A stretch of DNA of 64,000 nucleotides from an uncultured delta proteobacterium. Its GTDB lineage: Bacteria > Myxococcota_A > Polyangia > Fen-1088. The stretch covers positions 32,001 to 96,000 of the forward strand of contig CAWCMR010000006.1 in the NCBI GenBank assembly GCA_963796685.1, given 5' to 3'. The position numbers were made by a program, and so were the translations under genes. Under the pieces are notes generated by a model. That model did no database searches, was not told where the DNA came from, and saw only the letters and a program-made list of their open reading frames with translations. Positions 9,745 through 18,473 of the stretch are shown here, one piece after another; position 1 is the stretch's first letter; each line of letters opens with the position of its first letter.

Positions 9745-9965
9745 TACCAGTTCCGGGCAAGACCTTAGTTCCCAGACGCACCAAGACGCCTTGTTTTGTG
9801 GGGGCGCATGATGCGTCAGAAAATGCCCTCGGGAACCGTTCCCGTTTGGTTCCCGGACGCTCCAAGACAAATGATTCTCCGACGGAGAGTGATAGTTCCC
9901 ACCCCGGAACTACCCTACGGGGGGGACGTTAGTTCCCACCCCCGTAGGGGGTAACTGGGAACTGC
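9745..9965. other. putative replication origin (GTTCCC/GGGAAC iterons)
   Basis: Cluster of GTTCCC in both orientations plus the CCCTACGGGGG/CCCCCGTAGGG inverted repeat directly after the primase-helicase. Confidence 0.5.
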
Positions 9966-10419
9966 GGGCCGAAAACGGATCTGAAACCGGCCTACCAGGA
10001 CTCACTACGAACACCACCACGGCCAGGCCCCTGGCGCCTCTCGGCTGGGGCTACGACTGGCGCATGCAGCTTGTAGACCTTCGCGGGTTGCGACCTGGTG
10101 AAGATGGCAGGCCGCCGATCTTCGTTTCGCCCAAGCCGGATGGGCTGCAATGACCGATTGCCAAAATGGCACGACCTGGAATCGGCATCGTCAGGCAACG
10201 GATGGCCAGTGTCGAGCCGAGCTCACCGACGGAAAACGCGGCGGCGGGACGGTGGAGTTGGCATCCGAGCACGCCCACGATTCACGATTTCCGACACGGC
10301 CCATCCTTCGGGCTGCTCCTTTCTTGTCCGGCGCTTCTGGCGCTCGAGCGCGGTCGCGATCCCGCGTTCTGTTGGACCGGCCGTGTCGGGAACTTTTCAA
10401 CGAACGAAAGGACCTGACC

Positions 10420-10638
10420 ATGGCCGACATAATGCCTTGCGATATTTGTTCCCTTCCCCTCGACGACGGTTCCCATTTTTCGATGGGCCGCACCTGGTGC
10501 TCGAAGTGTTGGCGTGGTGCGCAAGGGCCGGCAACGCCGCAGCCGGTATCGGAGGCCGGGAAGGCGGCGATTGCGGCCTGGCTGCGACCACGCCCACGTG
10601 GACAACTGGCGCTTCCCTTGCGTGGAGCCAGGTCATGA
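10420..10638 (+). CDS. small CxxC-CxxC zinc-finger protein
   Basis: GAAAGGA RBS; CDIC...CSKC. Confidence 0.6.
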   Translation: MADIMPCDICSLPLDDGSHFSMGRTWCSKCWRGAQGPATPQPVSEAGKAAIAAWLRPRPRGQLALPLRGARS

Positions 10639-10976
10639 GCGCGCCCACCACCACGAGGCCGAGCTTGCGCAAGGCCATCAACGGTATGTGCCGGGAGTGC
10701 ATCTACGACTCTTCGCCCGGCAACGGAACATGGCGCGAGCAAACCGAGGGCTGTACATCCCCGAAGTGCCCCCTCTACCCGCTTCGACCACTCACGACCG
10801 CGGGAACTGAGGCCAGGGCGCGACTATGGGCCGAACAGGGCCAGGACGGGCCAATAGCTCTCAAAGAAGGGGCCTTGGACACGGCCGAGGCACGGGGAGG
10901 CCAAGAAGCGGCCAACGCGGTGTGCGCGCCGTCAGGAAGCGCGATTCTGGACGCTGGGAGCGATGCCCATGGGTAA
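10635..10976 (+). CDS. phage-type Cys-rich hypothetical protein
   Basis: SLRKAINGMCRECIYD...GTWREQTEGCTSPKCPLYPLRP; ATGA-coupled. Confidence 0.7.
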   Translation: MSAPTTTRPSLRKAINGMCRECIYDSSPGNGTWREQTEGCTSPKCPLYPLRPLTTAGTEARARLWAEQGQDGPIALKEGALDTAEARGGQEAANAVCAPSGSAILDAGSDAHG

Positions 10977-11479
10977 GCGTAAGCCACCCGAACCGCCCGC
11001 GGTGCCGGTCTTGTCGGTGGTGCCGCCGGCGCCGTCGGAGGGAGCGGCACCAGATCGCCAGGTATCGCCCGACGCTGAGGAACCGATGAACGCCCGTGAG
11101 CTGGCGTTCATCGAGGCGCGATCTGAGGGCAAGACGATAAAGGCCAGCGCCGCGGCGGCGCGCCCTCCGTATCCCTACTCCACCGCGCGGGTTTTGGACG
11201 ACCGACAAGACATTCGAGCGGCCATTCGCAAACGCGCGAGGGAGGCCGTCTCATGCGGTGTTCATACTCTGGCGCAGTCTTCATCGGTAGCGGCCAAGGC
11301 ATTGGTGGACGTTGCGGAAAATGGAGCAAGCGGCGATGGGCCTCGAGTGAGCACCGCGAGAGCCTGCCTAGAGCTCTCGAATCCAGTCCTTGAAGATTGA
11401 CGACTTTCTCGAACGACTCGAGGCGCTCGAACGCCAGGGACAACAGCCGGGCAAGCCCGGTTTCCAACGTAGGAGCTGA
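10969..11479 (+). CDS. terminase-small-subunit-like HTH protein (apparent +1 frameshift at ~11380)
   Basis: NARELAFIEARSEGKTIKASAAAA; RVSTARACLE; removing one A restores ...SLKIDDFLERLEALE...* ending just before the next ATG. Confidence 0.6.
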
Positions 11480-11483
11480 GACC

Positions 11484-11729
11484 ATGGACATCCAATCATT
11501 GAAGGCCAGACTCGACCGCTTGCTCGAAACCCAGGGGCCGCCCGTCGGACCACCCGAGTGCATTGTGCTTTTGTCTGGCAAGGACGGGCACGGGCCCGCC
11601 GCGGATGAGGGCTTGCCACTCCCGCGGGTTGCATGGAGGAACTCGAAGGCGGCGTGCATCTTGTACGACCCCTCGGTGGGCCAGCCCAGCGCCGCGGAGA
11701 TCCGCCGGCTAATTGAGGGCGCTTCGTGA
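11484..11729 (+). CDS. hypothetical protein (starts MDIQSLKARLDRL)
   Basis: AGGAG RBS; coupled to the next ORF. Confidence 0.7.
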   Translation: MDIQSLKARLDRLLETQGPPVGPPECIVLLSGKDGHGPAADEGLPLPRVAWRNSKAACILYDPSVGQPSAAEIRRLIEGAS

Positions 11730-11941
11730 ACCTCGCGAGCTTGAAGGCCCGCCTGGCCTCCCTTGCACGCGCAACCGCGGCCCATGACCTGCCTGTCAAC
11801 TGGCCCGACCCGATCGGCGATTGGGTGCGTTCTCAGATAGCCGATGGCGCAGCACCGAGAACCGCGACAACACCAGAAGCGCGAGCCGAAGCCGAGGCGA
11901 GGTTGAGCACGTGGCTCGCGCGAGGAGCGGTGACGCCATGA
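11726..11941 (+). CDS. hypothetical protein (starts MNLASLKARLASL)
   Basis: GTGA overlap; N-terminus resembles its neighbours. Confidence 0.7.
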   Translation: MNLASLKARLASLARATAAHDLPVNWPDPIGDWVRSQIADGAAPRTATTPEARAEAEARLSTWLARGAVTP

Positions 11942-12189
11942 TCAACCTTTCGAGCCTTCGGGGCCAAATAGAAAGGCTTAGAATATTGGCCGAATCCGAG
12001 AGCCCGCGGCGAAAACCCACGACGAGCGAAATCCGCAACGAGCTCGAGCGCGTGCTCGCCGAGATCGAGAGTCGGCCGGCCGACGCTCCACCACACCCCG
12101 ATGTCACAGGGCTGCGCGAGGCGCAGCAGGAGCTCGCCCGCGTCCTAGTCGTCCTCAACAGGCTGTACCCACAGGAGGCGTCGGCATGA
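11938..12189 (+). CDS. hypothetical helical protein (starts MINLSSLRGQIERL)
   Basis: GAGGAG RBS, ATGA overlap. Confidence 0.7.
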   Translation: MINLSSLRGQIERLRILAESESPRRKPTTSEIRNELERVLAEIESRPADAPPHPDVTGLREAQQELARVLVVLNRLYPQEASA

Positions 12190-12638
12190 CCGCGCAAACG
12201 TCCCTGCCCGGCTGCGCGGTGGCGCCGGGGGAGAACCGCGCGACGCTCGAGCAAGACCTTCGCGGCCAGGTTGCGATCTGCCTCATGGCACTTTTCTGTT
12301 GGGTTGAACACCACGGCGGCCGGACGGTGTTGATCGACGGCACAGTGGAAAGGTTCATTGCTGCCAGCGGGACCTGTGACCCGCAAATCAGTCGAGCCAT
12401 CCGAAACACAAGAAGCGTGCTGGCGCGCTACCTCGCCAGCGGTGCGGCCGTTCCCTCGTGGCTGCCGCCGAGCATTCTTGAGCTGCTGCAAGAGCCCTGG
12501 TGTGCGCGCGACCTGGCGCCCTCGTCGGAGACCTCATCCAACGATCTACCCAACCGTTCACCGACGCTGGCCCCTCAGTCCAACATCGCCCCTGTGGCGG
12601 TTCTGAACCGAATGCAACCGAAACCTGAAAGGACATGA
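12186..12638 (+). CDS. hypothetical protein (150 aa)
   Basis: AGGAGG RBS, ATGA overlaps at both ends. Confidence 0.65.
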   Translation: MTAQTSLPGCAVAPGENRATLEQDLRGQVAICLMALFCWVEHHGGRTVLIDGTVERFIAASGTCDPQISRAIRNTRSVLARYLASGAAVPSWLPPSILELLQEPWCARDLAPSSETSSNDLPNRSPTLAPQSNIAPVAVLNRMQPKPERT

Positions 12639-12964
12639 CCATGAACACGCAACGAAGAATCTTCACCCGAGACATCATCGAGAAGCCCTTCACCGTTGGC
12701 GACGAGCTGACCTCGCGAGATACCGCAAAGGCGTCTCGCCGGGCTGCCGCGACCGCCGCCGGCGAGGCACGTGGCCGCGCAAGCGCGCTTGCGGAATTGG
12801 GCCAGGACAGCGCCGCACCTGCCGACGAAAGCCTCGACGGCATTTCCGCCGACCGCAAGCAGGGCACGCCCGAAACCTTCGGCAAGCCCGTCAAGCCCGT
12901 GGAGTCGTTCAACGGCGAGCGCCCGCCCGAGCCCGAAGTGCAACGGCCCGATCTCGTCTGGTAA
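12635..12964 (+). CDS. hypothetical protein (109 aa)
   Basis: GAAAGGA RBS, coupled to the upstream ORF. Confidence 0.65.
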   Translation: MTMNTQRRIFTRDIIEKPFTVGDELTSRDTAKASRRAAATAAGEARGRASALAELGQDSAAPADESLDGISADRKQGTPETFGKPVKPVESFNGERPPEPEVQRPDLVW

Positions 12965-12998
12965 TTGCCACAACAGCCAATTGAAAGGAACCTTCCCC

Positions 12999-13886
12999 AT
13001 GCCCGAAACTCTGAAAGACCTACTCACTAAACCGCTCAAAGACGGCGCCAAGCGTTTTCTCGTCGACGAGGCCATCATGAAAGCCGCCACTCCCGCCGGC
13101 CGGTGGAGGTTGTGCACTGACGCCGAGATTGCGGAAGCCTTGCCCGCGCTCGCCAAACTGATCGGCAAAGAGTCGAAGCTGCCTTCTTGGCAGCGGCGCC
13201 TTGGCGTATTGCTGGACAAGCCCGGCGAGTGGGTTCTCTCAATAGAGGCACTCGGCCCGAGCTGGGTGGAGTGGCTTCCGCATTATCCTACGGCGGCAAT
13301 AACCATTGCGGTGCCGCTCGCAGTTGGGGTTTCGATCTTGATGTCCCCGAACTCGCCCGAGGTGGAATTCAAACGCCGCCGGGACTTGCACGAGGCGTAC
13401 AGGAACGCCGAATCCGAGAAGGCGCGCATCGCCGCCGCGAAGAGGGATGCCGAAATTGCGGAGACACAGCGCAAGGATAACGAGCGCCAGCAATTTCGAG
13501 CCGCCGCATGGGAGCAATTGAGCGCGCTGGAGCGCTGCGCGGCCCGACTGGCCCTGCTTGTTGGCGAGCGTGACCCACAATTGGCAACGGACATCCGAGC
13601 CGCAATTGCCGGTGCTGGCGATACGAAGAACTTCCCCCGAACCGTTTGGTGGAAGAACATGGAGGGAGCCACGGGCCTGCAAGCTGCTGCCGCCAAAGAA
13701 GAGCAACAGGCGACCTTTGCGCGCCGCCAAAGGGCCGAGGGCATTCTCTCTCACATCCCGGCGAAAACTCGCTGGATTTTGGAAGTTCAGCACGGCCAAG
13801 ACAACGTCGAGGCGCAGCTCGCAGCGTGGGAACAACTGCAGGCCCAGCAAGCAAAGGCCGATAAGCAGAACGGGAGGGCCGCCTGA
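12999..13886 (+). CDS. hypothetical protein with C-terminal coiled coil (295 aa)
   Basis: GAAAGGA RBS; TGATG overlap with the baseplate-like gene start. Confidence 0.7.
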   Translation: MPETLKDLLTKPLKDGAKRFLVDEAIMKAATPAGRWRLCTDAEIAEALPALAKLIGKESKLPSWQRRLGVLLDKPGEWVLSIEALGPSWVEWLPHYPTAAITIAVPLAVGVSILMSPNSPEVEFKRRRDLHEAYRNAESEKARIAAAKRDAEIAETQRKDNERQQFRAAAWEQLSALERCAARLALLVGERDPQLATDIRAAIAGAGDTKNFPRTVWWKNMEGATGLQAAAAKEEQQATFARRQRAEGILSHIPAKTRWILEVQHGQDNVEAQLAAWEQLQAQQAKADKQNGRAA

Positions 13887-13898
13887 TGAGCCTTTTCG

Positions 13899-15309
13899 GG
13901 CTCTCCTGACATCTTCATGGAAGCGCGGGCACCTTGAAGACGGGATGAAGGACAACGCCTGAGCAGCAGAGGAAGATGAAGCCAATGAGGGCTTGAGCGT
14001 TGTGGAAGCCATAGGCCCTGCGGGTGATGACCCTGATCTTGCCATTAAGGCCCTCGGTTCTTCCGTTATTGAGCCCTGTGGCGACAATGGCCACGATGCC
14101 GTCCAGGTATTTCTTGATGGTCGCGGCGACCTTCTTGAAGGAAGGTAGTCTGGATCGCCTGGCCCAACTGATCCATTCTTCGAGCTTCTGTTTGACGACG
14201 TTGACCTGGCGACGACCGAGGATGTCGCAGATGGCGATCTTGAGCAGGTAGCCGCGATAGAGTCGGGCATTGGTCTTCGGGAGGGTCGACAGCCTCTCAG
14301 ACTCGGCCCTGGATAGGTTCCACGGATTCTTGAGCAGAAGGTACTTGGTCTTCTTCAGTTGCCCGCGTTCGTCGGTGTCCTCCAGGAGTCGGACCTCCGC
14401 ACGCCGGAGCTCGTCGAGTGCTTCCTGCACGAGTCTCTGAACGTGGAAGCGGTCGAAGACGATCTGCGCTTGTGGCGCTCGCGAGGTGACCGCGTCGATG
14501 TAGGCCGCGGACATGTCGATGGTGACGGTCTTGAGCTTGCTGGTTCGTTCCGGGCCGAGAGCGTCGAAGAAGCAGCCGAGCGTCGCAGCGTTCTTGCCCT
14601 CGTGGGCCCAGACGACCCGCTGCGAGACGTGGTCGACAACGACGGTGACGTACTCATGGTGCCGCCGGTACGACAACTCGTCGACGCCGATGTGTTCGAG
14701 GTCCTCGAGGAGAAGGCTAGGATCTCGGTGCCGCGGCACCACCCGCTGGATGATGGCGCCGACGGTGCGCCACGCGATGCGCATGGTTTCGGCCACCATC
14801 GTCTGGCTTGCTTGTTGGGCCAGATAGGCCACGTGGTCCTCGAAGTCACGCGTGAAGCCGACCTTCGGCTCGGCCCAAGGGACCATCTCGATGACCACGC
14901 CGCACCGAGGACAGTCAACCCTGCGCAGGGTGTAGCGCAGAAGAACCTCCATCCCGCACGCGTCCAGATGCCGCCAGTTCCGAGCCCGAGCATCGAACAC
15001 GTCATGGACCCGACATCCGCAGCCTGAGCAGTAGGGAACGGTCGTCGTTGGCGCCACGTGCACCAATATGCCAAGCAGATCGAATTCGACCGCCAGGACA
15101 CGGGTATGTGGAAATTGGAGTAGGTTTCGGAATAGGGTGGTTGCGCGCATGGGCTCCTGGGCTTGTGGGTTCTAGACAAGCCACACGATACCCCAGGTGC
15201 CCGTGCGCACTTCGTCTCCACCTCACCCGAAACTCATGCCGCCCACATCTCCGTCGGCGACGTGCGTCGCACCTACGAGATCTCCCCTTACGAAGATGTC
15301 AGGAGAGCC
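13899..15309 (-). mobile_element. ISL3-family insertion sequence (1411 bp)
   Basis: Perfect 18-bp terminal IR ggctctcctgacatcttc; 8-bp TSD ccttttcg at 13891-13898 and 15310-15317. Confidence 0.95.
13915..15150 (-). CDS. ISL3 transposase
   Basis: CSGCG/CPRCG Zn finger, IGVDE, TIDMS, DRFHV, NGRTEGLNGKI..RRAYGF. Confidence 0.95.
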   Translation of the reverse strand: MRATTLFRNLLQFPHTRVLAVEFDLLGILVHVAPTTTVPYCSGCGCRVHDVFDARARNWRHLDACGMEVLLRYTLRRVDCPRCGVVIEMVPWAEPKVGFTRDFEDHVAYLAQQASQTMVAETMRIAWRTVGAIIQRVVPRHRDPSLLLEDLEHIGVDELSYRRHHEYVTVVVDHVSQRVVWAHEGKNAATLGCFFDALGPERTSKLKTVTIDMSAAYIDAVTSRAPQAQIVFDRFHVQRLVQEALDELRRAEVRLLEDTDERGQLKKTKYLLLKNPWNLSRAESERLSTLPKTNARLYRGYLLKIAICDILGRRQVNVVKQKLEEWISWARRSRLPSFKKVAATIKKYLDGIVAIVATGLNNGRTEGLNGKIRVITRRAYGFHNAQALIGFIFLCCSGVVLHPVFKVPALP

Positions 15310-16302
15310 CCTTTTCGCACAACAAAAGACCGCCCAAGGCTTCACGCGCGTCTCACTGCCACAAATCATCGCCTCGCTCGAAGCCCTCTGGAAGGGCGCC
15401 TACGGGTCAAGCGTCGACCTGGACCCACGTTCGGCGGACGGCCAGATGATTGGCGGCATCGCCGAGATGATGGACGATCTCAACAGTGCCGTGGCCGACC
15501 TGATGCACGTCGCGAACCCGAATGGGGCCACGGGAGCATTCCTCACGAACATCGCCGCATTGACCAACGTCACCCGCAACAGTGACGAGAAGGACGCCAA
15601 CCTACGCATTCGTCGGCAACAGGCAACCGCCACTGCCTCACAGTCGATGAGCGACACGCTATTGGCGGCCTTGCTGGCACTTCCCGGCGTGCTCGACGCT
15701 TGCGTGCGCGAGAATGCGACGAGCGAGCCAGGTTTGATTGGCGGCCTTACGATCAACCCCAACACCGTGCGGGCCGTTGTCGAGGTGCAGCTCGGCGGCG
15801 CCGCGGACCCGGCTACCACGACGACGAGCACGGACCCGATCGCCAACACCATCTTCGCGCTCAAGAGCATGGGGTGCGGGACGCAGGGGGGAACAGGCAA
15901 GGGGCCGCTCGACGCCCTTGGCGTCTCGCATGACATCTACTATGACCTGGCCACGGCGCTGGACGTGCAAGTCGCAGTTACGATCTCAACCCGCACGAAC
16001 TGGCCAAGCGATGGAGGCGCCCAAATCGCGGCGTTGATTCTCGGGTGGGCGAACGGCACGGATCCAGTCACGGGCAAACCCAACTGCCCGATTTCGGGAA
16101 TCGAGCTCACGCCGGGCTCCGATCAGGGCGCCTTGAGCTGGACCGATGTGGTCGGGTCATTCCTTGGCCAGGTTCCTGGGTTCGACTTCGTGAGCCTGAC
16201 GTTCAGCTTGGACGGCGGCGCCACGTGGAGCACGAACGGACAAAACTTGGTCATTCCTTTCACCCGCTTTGCCTCGATCAGCAGCATCTCGGTGGTGGCC
16301 GA

Positions 16303-16497
16303 GTGAGCCTGCGTGCCGCGGTCCCGGCCAAGGGCATGCTCGCCCTACTCGAAGTCCGCAAGGAAGGGTTGCAGGCGATGATCCGCGAACGCTTCTGCGC
16401 TGCCCGCCTGGCCGGCACCGTGGCCGATGTGTCGGCACTGACCGCGACCTTGCGCGCGGTGAAGGCCTCGCTCAAGGCAGCCATGGGCAAGCGGTGA
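16303..16497 (+). CDS. small helical hypothetical protein
   Basis: GTGA overlap with the baseplate-like gene stop. Confidence 0.55.
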   Translation: MSLRAAVPAKGMLALLEVRKEGLQAMIRERFCAARLAGTVADVSALTATLRAVKASLKAAMGKR

Positions 16498-16545
16498 GAG
16501 GATGGCCAAACTTGACCCGAGACCGAACGGCGCGAGGATGCGGCC

Positions 16546-16857
16546 ATGTCGCACGCCGAGCAGGGCAAGGTATTCTCGCAAGTCATGCTCGGCGCTGCTT
16601 GCGCACTCGTTGCTACCGCTATCGGTTTTTGGGGTGCTGGCGCCGAATGGGGGAGCGTAAGAGTGATCGTGGCTCTTTCTCTTGCCGCAGGGACACTCAC
16701 CTTCGCTCTTGTGGGATTTCTGCAAACGCGGTTCGCAGAGGAAAAAGAGAAGCGCGAGATCGAAGCCAAGGCGGCGGTAGCGAAGGAAGCCGAGGCAGAG
16801 AAAGAGAAGGCCGCGAAGGCCAAGGCGGACGAGGACATTTTCAGCTACTACAAGTAG
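16546..16857 (+). CDS. small two-TM membrane protein with charged tail
   Basis: GAGGA RBS; two hydrophobic segments followed by an EEKEKRE coiled tail. Confidence 0.65.
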   Translation: MSHAEQGKVFSQVMLGAACALVATAIGFWGAGAEWGSVRVIVALSLAAGTLTFALVGFLQTRFAEEKEKREIEAKAAVAKEAEAEKEKAAKAKADEDIFSYYK

Positions 16858-17063
16858 CCGTCCGCGTTTCCACATCAGGCCGCGACACTTGCCACTTGCG
16901 CGGGTGGCACCGCGCTTCGGCGAGCCACACATCGAGGACGGGTAGCGGATGAGTAGTCCGATGCGCTACGGGCGGTTTCCCCGTCGGTGAAGGCCAGGCG
17001 AGGCGCGGGGCGCCGTGGCCAAAGTGCAGCCATTCGGGGCGGATTAGATGGGCGTGACGATTT

Positions 17064-17096
17064 GTTCTTGACATAGATAAGAACGCGGTTCTTAAT
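17064..17096 (+). promoter_or_regulatory. sigma70-like promoter with overlapping operator palindrome
   Basis: TTGACA at 17068, 17-bp spacer, CTTAAT; TAAGAAC-N3-GTTCTTA palindrome plus a third GTTCTT half-site. Confidence 0.55.
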
Positions 17097-17103
17097 TACG
17101 AGT

Positions 17104-17361
17104 ATGGAAATGGCTCAAAACTCGCACCGTTCTCAGAAATCGGCGAGACTCCCCGACGTGGGACGTCCCCGCGTTCGAGCACTCACCGAAACGATCAACA
17201 TCGGCTTCAAAGCCGAGCCCGATTTGGTGCGCGCTCTCGACGCCGAGGCAGCGCGACTCACGGCCGACCGTGGTCCCGGTGCTTCCAAGGTGAGTCGCAC
17301 CGAAGCAATCAAGGTCATCTTGGCCAAGTGGCTGGCTGACCAGTCCAAGCCCCGCCAGTAA
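17104..17361 (+). CDS. ribbon-helix-helix (CopG/Arc-like) regulator
   Basis: GRP, INIGFKAEPDLVRALD...SRTEAIKVIL. Confidence 0.7.
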   Translation: MEMAQNSHRSQKSARLPDVGRPRVRALTETINIGFKAEPDLVRALDAEAARLTADRGPGASKVSRTEAIKVILAKWLADQSKPRQ

Positions 17362-17461
17362 CCCGCGCGCCGTAGCCGCGCACGTACCCGCCCCACAAGA
17401 GAAAGGGCGCCACCTTTTGCCGAGGTGCGCCCGCGTTCGACCCTCCGTGAAAGGAATCGAC

Positions 17462-17845
17462 ATGTCCACCGTACCACGCCCGACGACGAAGACCAGCAAA
17501 CCACGAGAGAGAACCGCGACCCCGGCCGAGCTCGCCGAGGACACCCGCCGAAGCCGTGAGGCTCGCGAGGCACACCGAGTGCTGGCGCCCGCGCCCGCCG
17601 AGGGCAACCTGTGCGCGTGTCTGGTACTGCTTGCCCGCTTTCGGAAGTGCTCGGTTTGTGCTCGCCCGGTGCTGTACGTGAACGAACAGGCCAGGACCGA
17701 CGGCGACGTGGAGTGTCCCGCTTGCATCCAGGTTCGCACCGACCTGGCCAAGCGCCTTCGCTTCGTGAAGCTGGCCAGCCGTGTCCGCTCCCACCTGACC
17801 GACCTGTTCAGCACGGCCAACGACAACGCTTCGGTGGCATCATGA
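17462..17845 (+). CDS. Cys-rich hypothetical protein
   Basis: GAAAGGA RBS; CAC, CSVC, CPAC. Confidence 0.65.
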   Translation: MSTVPRPTTKTSKPRERTATPAELAEDTRRSREAREAHRVLAPAPAEGNLCACLVLLARFRKCSVCARPVLYVNEQARTDGDVECPACIQVRTDLAKRLRFVKLASRVRSHLTDLFSTANDNASVAS

Positions 17846-18066
17846 ACGCGAACGTCTCAAGCCTGCCCTTCGAGCTCGACCGAGCCAAGGCGGACACCGA
17901 GCGCTACCGCCGCGTCTTCTGCCAGGTGGCCCGGTGTGCCGACGTTGTCGTTCAGGCGGTGGCCGAGGGCGCTATCAGCCACAACGAAGCGTTGCAGGCC
18001 ATGCGCCGGCACGCCTGCACCCTGGTATCCGCCGTCGAGGCGCTGGCCGCGAGGGCGCGCTCATGA
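17842..18066 (+). CDS. hypothetical protein
   Basis: ATGA-coupled chain of ORFs. Confidence 0.6.
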   Translation: MNANVSSLPFELDRAKADTERYRRVFCQVARCADVVVQAVAEGAISHNEALQAMRRHACTLVSAVEALAARARS

Positions 18067-18167
18067 TCGCCGGCATGAAGCCTCTGGATCTGGCGGCCGG
18101 CATCGCGGCGATGGTCGTGATTCTCCTCGCTTGGTCGTGGGCGATGACGTGGAGCCGCGAGCCATGA
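18063..18167 (+). CDS. single-TM peptide (34 aa)
   Basis: ATGA overlaps on both sides; hydrophobic. Confidence 0.5.
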   Translation: MIAGMKPLDLAAGIAAMVVILLAWSWAMTWSREP

Positions 18168-18370
18168 GCCTGACGCAGCGCTGGCACGCCCCGGCCGCCA
18201 CGGTCAGGGTGGGCGGCGAATTCGACCGAGGCGGCAAGCGCGGCTTCGTCTCGCTGGCGTGCTCGCCCTCGACCTGCCTTCTCACCCGCGGCGCCGCGCG
18301 GGATGTGGCGCGCACGCTGATTCGATTCGCAGAAGGGGTGCGGCCGGCACCACGCAAGAAGCCCGCGTAG
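18164..18370 (+). CDS. hypothetical protein
   Basis: ATGA overlap. Confidence 0.55.
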   Translation: MSLTQRWHAPAATVRVGGEFDRGGKRGFVSLACSPSTCLLTRGAARDVARTLIRFAEGVRPAPRKKPA

Positions 18371-18473
18371 GTCACGCGCTGGTGACTCTCCCCGATGCCA
18401 CGGAGGGAGTCACGGGCGAGGAACCCGCCGAGCTGGCCGGACGCCAGCAACGAACCTTGACGAAAGGCACCCC

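Larger units (their letters stand above)
13886..16306 (+). pseudogene. baseplate J-like protein interrupted by ISL3 after codon 4 (reconstructed 333 aa)
   Basis: Removing the IS and one TSD gives MSLFAQQKTAQGF...; motifs VDLDPRSADGQMIG, NPNGATGAFL, EKDANLRIRR, LLALPGV..ACVREN, IANTIFALKSMGCGTQG. Confidence 0.75.

Noticed and set aside
9708-9932. 74-aa ORF after the primase
   Set aside because: Overlaps the iteron cluster and has poor codon bias; more likely the origin, although the ATGA coupling leaves some doubt.
10165-10185. Sigma54 promoter (TGGCACG)
   Set aside because: The -12 GC element is absent at the required spacing.
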